Below are positions 9,819 through 17,959 of a stretch of DNA of 64,000 nt, piece after piece. How positions within the stretch are numbered: position 1 is the first letter of the stretch; the number at the start of each line of letters is the position of its first letter. Made by a program: the position numbers and the translations under genes. Source of the stretch: Oscillospiraceae bacterium (lineage in GTDB: Bacteria > Bacillota > Clostridia > Oscillospirales > Ruminococcaceae); the NCBI GenBank assembly GCA_022787085.1, contig JALFVE010000005.1:12142-76141 (forward strand). The letters are read 5' to 3'. Below the pieces are notes generated by a model. The model saw only the letters and a program-made list of their open reading frames with translations, was not told the DNA's origin and searched no databases.

Positions 9819-9847
9819 TTGACAAACATTTTCTTATATGATATAAT
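9819..9847 (+). promoter_or_regulatory. Strong SigA promoter of the tRNA-Leu gene
   Basis: TTGACA (9819-9824), 17 bp, TGnTATAAT (9842-9847). Confidence 0.9.
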
Positions 9848-9852
9848 AGCAT

Positions 9853-9909
9853 AGTCGGCTGGAAGTCCGACAGTTGGCTGAAAGTCCGACATTTGGCTGA
9901 AAGTCCGAC
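9853..9909 (+). repeat. Three tandem 19-bp repeats in the tRNA leader
   Basis: AGTCGGCTGGAAGTCCGAC / AGTTGGCTGAAAGTCCGAC / ATTTGGCTGAAAGTCCGAC, no spacers. Confidence 0.95.
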
Positions 9910-9918
9910 GCTTAATAT

Positions 9919-10002
9919 GCGAGAGTGCTGGAATAGGCAGACAGGCACGTTTGAGGTGCGTGTGTCTTTGACGTGTGGGTTCAAGTCCCATCTCTCGCAC
10001 CA
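9919..10002 (+). tRNA. tRNA-Leu (anticodon GAG)
   Basis: Acceptor GCGAGAG/TCTCGC, D-loop GGAATAGGCAGAC, anticodon arm CACGT-TTGAGGT-GCGTG, long variable arm, GGTTCAAGTCC, 3' CCA; 84 nt. Confidence 0.97.
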
Positions 10003-10009
10003 AGGCTTG

Positions 10010-10047
10010 ATATCCGCAGACCTTTTTCGGGTCTGCGGATATTTTTT
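10010..10047 (+). terminator. tRNA terminator
   Basis: 13-bp stem ATATCCGCAGACC/GGTCTGCGGATAT followed by T-run. Confidence 0.85.
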
Positions 10048-10101
10048 GTCATATAATGTCTGCCCCTGCCCAAAGGCGGTCATACTGCAACATATAGCTA
10101 T

Positions 10102-10478
10102 GTGCTGATTTTAACATCAGCAATTCAAACGGTGAGGCGATCTATCTGCAGATCGTAAACCAGATCAAGTCTCTGATACTCGAGGGCAAGCTCAAAGAGG
10201 GGGAAATGCTCCCTTCTATGCGAAATCTTGCTGTCGAACTCCATATCAGCTTTATGACCACCAAGCGTGCTTACGAGGAGCTTGAGCGTGACGGCTTTAT
10301 TGAATCGTTTACAGGCAAAGGCTCGTTCGTTAAGGTACAGAATTTAGAGCTGCTGCGTGAAGAACAGATCAAACAGATCGAAGCCCTGCTTATGGAGGCA
10401 GGCGATAAAGCACGAAAAACAGGTATCACTATACAGGAGCTTCACGAATTGCTCGACCTTGTAAACGGAGGAGAATGA
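10102..10478 (+). pseudogene. GntR (YtrA-like) regulator, frameshifted at the 5' end
   Basis: Frame reads NISNSNGEAIYLQIVNQIKSLILEGKLKEGEMLPSMRNLA..., but the only plausible start (GTG CTG ATT at 10102) is out of frame and an in-frame TAG lies at 10095. Confidence 0.75.
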
Positions 10479-10480
10479 CC

Positions 10481-10956
10481 ATGAATGCATATGAAAATGC
10501 AATTGAAATTTCAGGCGTTACCAAAAAATACAGAGGCTTTACGCCGGATAACTCTGCTTCAATGTGCCTAAAGGCTCTATTATGAGTTTTATCGGTCAGA
10601 ACGGCGCAGGCAAGACCACAACGATACGCAGTCTGCTGAACATCATAAGCATTGACGAGGGTGAAATAAAGCTGCTGGGTCTTGACCATCTTCGGAACGA
10701 AACTGAGATCAAGGAACGGATCTCCGTTGTTTTTGATGAATTGCCGTTCCACGATGTTCTGAGTGCAAAGGATATGGCTCGAATATTTGAGGGGATTTAT
10801 CCGAAGTGGGATAACACTGTTTATGCTCAGTATTTAGAGCGTTTCGGACTTCCGATGAAAAAGAAGATCGGCGAGTTTTCAAAGGGTATGAAAATGAAGC
10901 TTCAGATAGCCTGCGCCCTTTCTCACAATGCCAAGCTGCTTATAATGGACGAGGCT
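10481..10956 (+). pseudogene. ABC ATP-binding protein, frameshifted and 3'-truncated
   Basis: MNAYENAIEISGVTKKYRGFT changes frame near 10553 before FNVPKGSIMSFIGQNGAGKTT; signature FSKGMK present; homology ends at Walker B IMDEA. Confidence 0.85.
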
Positions 10957-11082
10957 AACACCACGCTTCTTGGTAGAGTTAACCTTGATTTTGTTCATAT
11001 CGCTGTCATAGGCGTAAATATAGGAGTTTCTCCATACTTTTGACATAAGATCAAAGCTCTCATTCTGAACAGCTGTTAACAT
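10957..11082 (-). pseudogene. Fragment of a surface-protein C-terminal module
   Basis: LTAVQNESFDLMSKVWRNSYIYAYDSDMNKIKVNSTKKRGV aligns with TAVRNETFALMSKAWSHSYVYSYDGDMNRIKVSSDSRRGV of the 62494 protein. Confidence 0.85.
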
Positions 11083-11229
11083 AAGATATTTTTTTCAATT
11101 TATCATATCCAAAAATATTTTTTTTATATTTTATCATAATATCCGATGATTTTCAAGTTTTTCTTTCAACCATGAAAAAACCGAATTTTTTCGTCTGTTT
11201 TCTTGATAATTCTGTTTATATATAAAAAA

Positions 11230-11265
11230 CATATGAGCATCACAACGATCTGTGATGCTCATATG
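11230..11265 (-). terminator. Terminator downstream of hisC
   Basis: 15-bp perfect stem CATATGAGCATCACA/TGTGATGCTCATATG, T-run on the minus strand. Confidence 0.8.
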
Positions 11266-11326
11266 CTTAATTAAGCTTTGCGTTTTAAACAACACCAATT
11301 TCGATAATCATATTATATCTTTATCC

Positions 11327-12382
11327 TTATTTTATGTACTCTTTTAATGCGGAGATCAGCGCATTTATTTCTTCATCGGTTCCGATGGTTATTCTGAGAT
11401 GGTTATCTATCCTCGGCTTATTGAAAAATCTTACATAGATATCCTTTGTTTTTAAATAGGCGCTGATATCGGGGGCTTTATATTTCGGGTGAGCGGCAAA
11501 GAGAAAGTTGGTACTGCTGTTCTTTACGTCAAAGCCCATTTCCCGAAGCTCTGATGTCAGCCTGTCCCTCGTTTTTATTATCCTTCCAACCGTTTCTCTG
11601 AAATATGCCTCGTCGGCTACGGACGCACAGCCCGCTTCTATGGCTACGCTGTCTACGGGATAGGAATTGTAGGAGTCCTTTGCCGCTCTGAGAGCATTTA
11701 TAAGCTCAGCTCCCGCTGCGCAGAAGCCTATTCTCATTCCTGCCATGGAGCGGGATTTTGAGAAGGTCTGAACCACTGCAAGATTCGGATATTCCTTCAG
11801 AAGCGGCAGTGAGGATATGCCGCCGAAATCTACATATGCTTCGTCCGCTATTACCACACTGTCGGGATTGGCGTCGAGTATCTCACGCATAAAATCAAGA
11901 TCTCTGCCGATGCTTGTGGGGGCGTTGGGGTTGCAGATTATCACGCCGCCGTTTTCTCGTTTATAGTCCTCCGCTCTTATATTGAAGCTCTCGTCTACGG
12001 GCACAAGCTCATAGGGTATTTTCAGCATACTGCACCAGACGGGATAAAAGGAATAGGTGATATCGGGGTAAAGCACAGGTCTGCCCGAATTGAAAAAGGC
12101 TCGGAATGACAGCGCAAGCACATCGTCTGAGCCGTTTCCGATAAAGATATTTTCCTCCGATAATCCCAGCCTGCCTGCGATCGCCTTTACAAGCGGCGCT
12201 GCGTTTGCATCGGGATATTTACAGAGCCCCGAGGCTTTGAAGCTGTTTATTGCCTCGATCACCTTCGGTGAGGGGGGATAGGGATTTTCATTGGCGTTAA
12301 GCTTGATAAAATCAGTTTTATTCGGCTGCTCCCCTGCCACATAGGGGGCTATATCAATCAGATTATCCTTCCAGCTGCTCAT
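11327..12382 (-). CDS. hisC: Histidinol-phosphate aminotransferase
   Basis: KLNANENPYPP, GNGSD, CNPNAPT, DEAYVDF, QTFSKSRSMAGMRIG, LRITIG. Confidence 0.95.
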   Translation of the reverse strand: MSSWKDNLIDIAPYVAGEQPNKTDFIKLNANENPYPPSPKVIEAINSFKASGLCKYPDANAAPLVKAIAGRLGLSEENIFIGNGSDDVLALSFRAFFNSGRPVLYPDITYSFYPVWCSMLKIPYELVPVDESFNIRAEDYKRENGGVIICNPNAPTSIGRDLDFMREILDANPDSVVIADEAYVDFGGISSLPLLKEYPNLAVVQTFSKSRSMAGMRIGFCAAGAELINALRAAKDSYNSYPVDSVAIEAGCASVADEAYFRETVGRIIKTRDRLTSELREMGFDVKNSSTNFLFAAHPKYKAPDISAYLKTKDIYVRFFNKPRIDNHLRITIGTDEEINALISALKEYIK

Positions 12383-12518
12383 TATTTTTTCTTCCTTTCA
12401 AGAATAAAGCTGATGATATTATAGCACAATTTCCCACAGGTTTCAAGACGAAATAAAAAAAATTGCGGCAATTTCAGCATTATCTCTGTAAATTCCACCG
12501 CTCCCCCGCCGAAAACAC

Positions 12519-12547
12519 TTGACAAATCCGCTCAATTATAGGATAAT
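12519..12547 (+). promoter_or_regulatory. SigA promoter of the GH4-like gene
   Basis: TTGACA (12519-12524), 17 bp, GATAAT (12542-12547). Confidence 0.65.
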
Positions 12548-12585
12548 ATTATACAGAAATATAAGGTGAAAGGAACTTCTTTTAA

Positions 12586-13950
12586 ATGAACGGTGACAGG
12601 CTGAATATCGCTTATATCGGCGGAGGCTCCTGCAATTTCGGCTGGAGGCTTATCCCCGAGCTTGCCGACACTGAGCTTTGCGCTATGGTGAAGCTTTTCG
12701 ATACGGACAAAACCTGCTCCCTCGCTAACGAGGTCATTGGCAACAACATTCACGACAGGGGAAATACTCGGGGAGATATTGTTTATCTCGCCTGCGATGA
12801 GGCGGAGGAGGCGCTCAGAGACGCTGATTTCGTTATCCTTGCATTTGAGCCCGGTGAGCTTGACGAGCAGGCTGCACAGCTCCATCTCCCCGAGACTTAC
12901 GGCATTTTTCAGACGGGAGGCGAAAATTCCGGGCTTTCCTCCGTTATCAGAGCGCTGAAAATTATGCCCGTTTGCGCCGAGTATTCCCATATGATAGAGC
13001 ATCTTTGCCCCGAGGCTTGGGTCATTAATCTATGCACTCCTATGGCTGAATGTATGACTGTTCTTAAAAGAGAATTTCCCGCTATGAAGCTGCTTGGCAC
13101 CTCCTCCGACTCCTTCGCTTCAAGAGAGCTTATTGCTACCATGGTCTGCGAAAGCAGGGGCATCAGCGGTGTGCGCAGGCGGGATATCAAGACAAATCTT
13201 CTGGGTATAAGCGGCTTTTCATGGTATGATGAGATCACCTACGGCGGCGAGGACCTTATGCCCATGTTCAGGGAATATGCTGAGAAATACAGCGATTCGG
13301 GCTATGAATTTCGGATAAACGAGTTTAAGACCAATCCCGACGCTGACGCTCACAGGGTCAAATTCGATCTGTTTCTTCGTCTCGGTATCATTCCTGCGGT
13401 GAATGACCGCTCTGCGGCGGAATTCTGTCCTCCGTGGTACACCAAGGACACCAAGGAAATGGCTGCATGGAAATTCTCTCCCATGACGGTCAATTACAAG
13501 AAAAGGATCTTCTCCGACAAGACTGCTAAGGTCAAGAAATACATGAACGGCGATATTCTTCCCAAATCCGTTGATTCTACAGAGGTCCCCGAAATTATCA
13601 GGGCATTATGCGGCGGCGGCAATCTCATTTCGGCGGTTTCTCTCCCCAACAGGGGGCAGGTGGAAAATCTCCCTCCCGACACCATTGTGGAGACGAACGC
13701 TCTTATCAGCCGAGGCAGTGTGAGAACCGTCTGCGCAGGCAGGCTCCCAGACAGCGCTGCGGGGCTTTCTGTCCGCCATGCATATAACAGGGCTGCTGTG
13801 GTGAGGGCTTTTGAAGAGAAGGATCTTGACATTGCTTTCAATGCTTTTCTGAATGACCCTGTTATGACCTGCGGGCTGACTGAGGCTACCGAGCTTTACA
13901 GGGAAATGCTTTCCGCTGTAAGGGCACATTTGCTTTATTACTGCGAATGA
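12586..13950 (+). CDS. Glycoside hydrolase family 4 homologue (LplD/alpha-galacturonidase-like) with degenerate metal site
   Basis: IAYIGGGS Rossmann motif, HLPETYGIFQT, PEAWVIN, LPNRGQVENLP...VETNA, AFLNDP; expected NYTNP, CH and GINH motifs altered. Confidence 0.85.
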   Translation: MNGDRLNIAYIGGGSCNFGWRLIPELADTELCAMVKLFDTDKTCSLANEVIGNNIHDRGNTRGDIVYLACDEAEEALRDADFVILAFEPGELDEQAAQLHLPETYGIFQTGGENSGLSSVIRALKIMPVCAEYSHMIEHLCPEAWVINLCTPMAECMTVLKREFPAMKLLGTSSDSFASRELIATMVCESRGISGVRRRDIKTNLLGISGFSWYDEITYGGEDLMPMFREYAEKYSDSGYEFRINEFKTNPDADAHRVKFDLFLRLGIIPAVNDRSAAEFCPPWYTKDTKEMAAWKFSPMTVNYKKRIFSDKTAKVKKYMNGDILPKSVDSTEVPEIIRALCGGGNLISAVSLPNRGQVENLPPDTIVETNALISRGSVRTVCAGRLPDSAAGLSVRHAYNRAAVVRAFEEKDLDIAFNAFLNDPVMTCGLTEATELYREMLSAVRAHLLYYCE

Positions 13951-14016
13951 GGCGGGACACACTGCGGCGATAGGTATTGCAACAGCCCGACAAATCGGAA
14001 GTTGGCAGGTGTTTTT

Positions 14017-14463
14017 ATGAAACAAGATTACAATAGTAAAACGTTTACCGAAAAAGAGAAAAAACTTATTTCGGCGGCTAATTGGTTAACATCTTTGGGG
14101 GTGCTATTTAATGGCATTATAGTTTTGATTATTAACAAATTTGATAGAATTGGCAGCCTGTATCTTTATTCGTATATTGCGGCATTGGGTTTATTCGCAA
14201 TATCGGTATTAAGCTACCTTGTATTGTATATCGTTGGCTTGCGGAAAATAAAGCCTTATTTGTTGAGATATACCGTAATAGCTGTATTGCTTGCTTTACT
14301 TTTAGCTATGCATTCGAAAGATATTGCTTCACAGCTGTGCGATAAATCATTGGAAAGCAAGATTTCTTTGTCGGAAAATTATCTTATAATTCACTCAAGT
14401 TCAATTAAGGTTGAATACTATCCAAATTCAGAAATTTTTTTGAGTGTTGATATTGGTGATTAA
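14017..14463 (+). CDS. Low-GC hypothetical membrane protein (about 3 TM)
   Basis: Open frame with hydrophobic stretches; three sampled 60-nt lines 27-38% GC versus ~53% in a ppk line. Confidence 0.65.
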   Translation: MKQDYNSKTFTEKEKKLISAANWLTSLGVLFNGIIVLIINKFDRIGSLYLYSYIAALGLFAISVLSYLVLYIVGLRKIKPYLLRYTVIAVLLALLLAMHSKDIASQLCDKSLESKISLSENYLIIHSSSIKVEYYPNSEIFLSVDIGD

Positions 14464-14547
14464 ACAGCATTATAAATTTCAATTTATCAAGCAGATCATG
14501 ATGGATAATATAATAAAGCAATTTCTAAAAAAGTGAGGTTATATACT

Positions 14548-16659
14548 ATGACAAGCTGTTACGATAACAGAGAGCTTAGCTGGCTCAAATTTAATGAGAG
14601 AGTTCTTGAGGAGGCAAGAGACAGGTCTGTTCCCCTTTGCGAAAGACTGCTTTTTTCTCGCATTTATCAGTCCAATTTGGACGAGTTCTTTATGATAAGA
14701 GTAGGATCCCTCTGCGACAGGGTGCTGGTGGACGACAACAAGGAGGACAACAAAACCGGTATGACTCCCACAGATCAGCTCAGAGCTATTTACAAGCGGG
14801 TGGCAGAGCTGGGTCCCATTAAGGACGAGGCTTATTTCTCCGCCATTAAGGAGCTGGAGGATATCGGCGTGGAGCACGTTAAGATTTCTTCTCTGACTCC
14901 CGATGAGGAGGGCTATCTCAAGGCTTATTTCAATTCGGAGATAAGACCGCTTATTTCCCCTCAGGTGGTTGACAAGAGACATCCTTTCCCTTTCCTCAAA
15001 AACAAAGAAATATATGCTGTTACCCATCTTGAGTCAAAAAACTCCGTTAAGCTGGGTATCATTCCCGCTCAGGGAAGCTTTCCCCGAATGATACCCCTCC
15101 CCGACAGAAGCAGATTCAGATTCCTGCTTGCTGAGGACGTTATCCTTCACTACTGCGGCAGCGTTTTTGAGAATTACCGTATTCTCAGCAAGGGGCTTAT
15201 CCGTATCACACGAAATGCGGACATTAACATGGAGGAAGGTCTTTACGATCACGAGGTTGATCTGAGGCAGGTCATGGAGGAACTGCTTAAAAAGCGCAAG
15301 AAGCTTGCTCCCGTTCGTCTCGAGGTCTCGGGTGAGCTGGGCTCGGAGGCTGCGGCTTTCCTCTGCCGTCATCTTGAACTGGAAAAGGCTCAGATTTTCC
15401 ACTGCTCCTCTCCCCTTGATCTGGATTTCGTTTTCTCACTCAGAAACCGCATTGAGAGGCCTCATCCCGAGATGTTCTTTGAGCCTGTTTATCCTCAGAG
15501 ACCTGCCATGCTTTCCCATGGCGTTCCTATGATCCCTCAGATCCTTCGCAGGGATATTCTGCTTTCATATCCTTATGAGAGTATTCGTCCTTTTATCAGC
15601 CTTTTAAATGAAGCGGGAAACGACCCCGATGTTATTTCTATCAAGATCACTCTTTACCGTGTGGCTTCAAATTCAAAGATTGTTGAGGCGCTTATCAATG
15701 CTGCCGAAAACGGCAAGGAGGTTTTTGTTCTCGTTGAGCTTCGTGCCCGTTTTGACGAGGAAAACAACATTGAATGGTCAAAGCGCCTTGAAAGGGCAGG
15801 CTGCAAGGTTATGTACGGTCCCGAGAATCTGAAGGTCCATTCTAAGCTTATGCTCATTACCCGTAAAAACGGCGCCGAGCTTCAGCACATCACTCAGATA
15901 GGTACAGGCAATTACAATGAAAAGACCTCCGAGCTTTACACCGATCTTTCCCTTCTGACCGCCGACCCTCAGATAGGCGAGGAAGCGGGAACGGTTTTCA
16001 ATGCTCTTTCCATCGGCAATCTTGTGGAGAACACTTCTCATCTGCTTGTTGCTCCCCTGTCGCTCCAGAACAAGATAATCGACTTTATTGACGAGGAAAT
16101 TTCTGCTGCAAGGAGCGGGGATAACGGCTACATTGGTCTCAAGCTCAATTCCCTTACCGACAAGGTGCTTATCGACAAGCTTATTGAGGCAAGCTGCGCA
16201 GGCGTTAAGATCGAGATGGTTATCAGAGGAATATGCTGCCTTGCGGCGGGCGTTAAGGGAATGACGGAGAATATCACCGTAAGAAGCATTGTGGGCAGAT
16301 ATCTTGAACATTCGAGAATTTACATATTCGGAAACGGCGACAGGCAGAGGATATTCATTTCCTCCGCAGATTTCATGACCAGAAACACCCTGCGCAGAGT
16401 TGAGGTTGCCGCTCCCGTTAAGTCGCCCGAGCTGCGCAAAAGAGTTCTTCACATCTTCGACATTATGATGAAGGATAATCTCAAGGCAAGGATACAGCTG
16501 CCCGACGGCACCTATGAACGAATTGCTCCCGCAGAAGGCGAAACGCCCCTTTCCGCTCAGCAGTATTTCATTGACGAGGCTGCTGAGGCTGCGACACGCT
16601 GCGCTCTCAAAAAGCCCGTTAAGGTCAGGGTCAGAAAGCGCAGAAGCTCTCGTATATGA
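14548..16659 (+). CDS. ppk1: Polyphosphate kinase 1
   Basis: NRELSWLKFNERVL, SNLDEFFMIRVG, HPFP, TLYRVA, ELRARFDEENN, KVHSK, GTGNYNEKT, RYLEHSR, SADFMTRN. Confidence 0.97.
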   Translation: MTSCYDNRELSWLKFNERVLEEARDRSVPLCERLLFSRIYQSNLDEFFMIRVGSLCDRVLVDDNKEDNKTGMTPTDQLRAIYKRVAELGPIKDEAYFSAIKELEDIGVEHVKISSLTPDEEGYLKAYFNSEIRPLISPQVVDKRHPFPFLKNKEIYAVTHLESKNSVKLGIIPAQGSFPRMIPLPDRSRFRFLLAEDVILHYCGSVFENYRILSKGLIRITRNADINMEEGLYDHEVDLRQVMEELLKKRKKLAPVRLEVSGELGSEAAAFLCRHLELEKAQIFHCSSPLDLDFVFSLRNRIERPHPEMFFEPVYPQRPAMLSHGVPMIPQILRRDILLSYPYESIRPFISLLNEAGNDPDVISIKITLYRVASNSKIVEALINAAENGKEVFVLVELRARFDEENNIEWSKRLERAGCKVMYGPENLKVHSKLMLITRKNGAELQHITQIGTGNYNEKTSELYTDLSLLTADPQIGEEAGTVFNALSIGNLVENTSHLLVAPLSLQNKIIDFIDEEISAARSGDNGYIGLKLNSLTDKVLIDKLIEASCAGVKIEMVIRGICCLAAGVKGMTENITVRSIVGRYLEHSRIYIFGNGDRQRIFISSADFMTRNTLRRVEVAAPVKSPELRKRVLHIFDIMMKDNLKARIQLPDGTYERIAPAEGETPLSAQQYFIDEAAEAATRCALKKPVKVRVRKRRSSRI

Positions 16660-16670
16660 CAGAAAATAAT

Positions 16671-16712
16671 TATCCCCGAGCCGCATTCCTTTTTCACTGC
16701 GGTTCGGGGATA
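16671..16712. terminator. Bidirectional terminator between ppk1 and the GGDEF gene
   Basis: TATCCCCGAGCCGCA/TGCGGTTCGGGGATA stem. Confidence 0.7.
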
Positions 16713-16715
16713 TTG

Positions 16716-17828
16716 TTATCTTCGTGAACGTCTGTCATTGCCATTTTGCTCATAGTAAAGTCTTTTTACCTTGTACATTTCGCTCTCTGCGCTTCGGATA
16801 AGCTCCTCCATGCTAAGCCCTTCCTTCAGTCGGACTTCTATTCCCACCGAGATATGATAGCCCTCCTTTTCCGATGCCTCTGTTATCAGCCCGGTCCGCC
16901 TTTCTGTTTCGTCACGGCTCATATCCGCTGCAAATGCCACAAATTCGTCTCCGCCGATACGGAAGGTGCTTTCTCCAAACTGTTTTTTAAGCTCATTCGC
17001 TATGAATTGCAGCATCCTGTCACCCATCTCATGCCCTTTTGAATTATTAAGCTCATGAAGTCCGTTTACATCTATATATACACAGGATACCGTTCTTTCG
17101 GCGCTTTCGGGAAATGTTTCCATACTATTCTCATAGGAATTTCTGTTGTGAAGCCCTGTAAGCACGTCTATCTCGCTCAGCACCACTGCCTTTCGCTCAT
17201 ATATGAACCTTTCGCATTTCACGCTCATCATATAGGAGCTGACGATGGCACTGATCGCTCCGAATATACAGCCATCCATTATATCTATTTCTGCCAGATC
17301 GGCGGTCTTTGTGGCTGCTGAGGCAAAACTGAATACTGCGGTATAGAATATGATCGCTCCGATCATTCTTATGGGTCTGTCCGTAAACAGCATCGGAACT
17401 GTCAGCAGCAAGGCTATAAATGCTGTCGATATATTATCGGGATTTTTCCATGTGCCGATCACTATTCCGAATATAAACAGCAGGCTTATAAATCCATAGA
17501 CGCATATCAGTATCAGCTTCCTGCTTTTTTCCCCGAACACCTGCGATATTATCATTATTGCTGCCATGATGACCATTGACCCCAGATATATTATCCTGTT
17601 CTTCTCTATATCCGATATAAAGCAGGAAAGCACAGTCATTATCATCAGAAAAAATGCCGATACAATAGTGAACACTGTGAGATTCTGCCTGTTGCTGTTA
17701 TGTATCTCAAGGGAAATGCTCTTGTATTCCTCTTCCGATAATCCGCCGTTCATCACCAGCCTGCCAAGCTTTTTTCGCATTTCAAACATGACCCTGAGCT
17801 CCTTAAAATTATCATAAATTTTTTTCAT
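16716..17828 (-). CDS. Membrane-bound diguanylate cyclase
   Basis: About 6 TM helices then DVLTGLHNR, DVNGLHELNNSKGHEMGD, FRIGGDEF; no RxxD I-site; start uncertain (17828 or 17789). Confidence 0.88.
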   Translation of the reverse strand: MKKIYDNFKELRVMFEMRKKLGRLVMNGGLSEEEYKSISLEIHNSNRQNLTVFTIVSAFFLMIMTVLSCFISDIEKNRIIYLGSMVIMAAIMIISQVFGEKSRKLILICVYGFISLLFIFGIVIGTWKNPDNISTAFIALLLTVPMLFTDRPIRMIGAIIFYTAVFSFASAATKTADLAEIDIMDGCIFGAISAIVSSYMMSVKCERFIYERKAVVLSEIDVLTGLHNRNSYENSMETFPESAERTVSCVYIDVNGLHELNNSKGHEMGDRMLQFIANELKKQFGESTFRIGGDEFVAFAADMSRDETERRTGLITEASEKEGYHISVGIEVRLKEGLSMEELIRSAESEMYKVKRLYYEQNGNDRRSRR

Positions 17829-17892
17829 TATAGCAAATTCCCCCGAAAATGTCAATCGCTTCGAAAAATTTCATAAACCGAGAAGAAAAATA

Positions 17893-17921
17893 TTGCAAAA
17901 TTCTCCGAAATATAGTATAAT
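17893..17921 (+). promoter_or_regulatory. SigA promoter of the FtsA-like gene
   Basis: TTGCAA (17893-17898), 17 bp, TATAAT (17916-17921). Confidence 0.7.
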
Positions 17922-17959
17922 AGAATAAACACCGATTTTTTTATAAAGGAATGATTTAA

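Noticed and set aside
9853-9909. CRISPR array interpretation of the 19-bp palindromic repeats
   Set aside because: The units are directly adjacent with no spacers, are shorter than CRISPR repeats, and no cas genes are present.
9650-10108. ORFs 9650-10003 (-), 9700-10083 (-) and 9893-10108 (+)
   Set aside because: They overlap the tRNA and its promoter; translations such as MVREMGLEPTR are read-throughs of tRNA sequence.
10003-11320. Intact prophage or ICE at the tRNA-Leu site
   Set aside because: No integrase, no duplicated tRNA 3' end (att) and no phage or conjugation genes are visible in the window.
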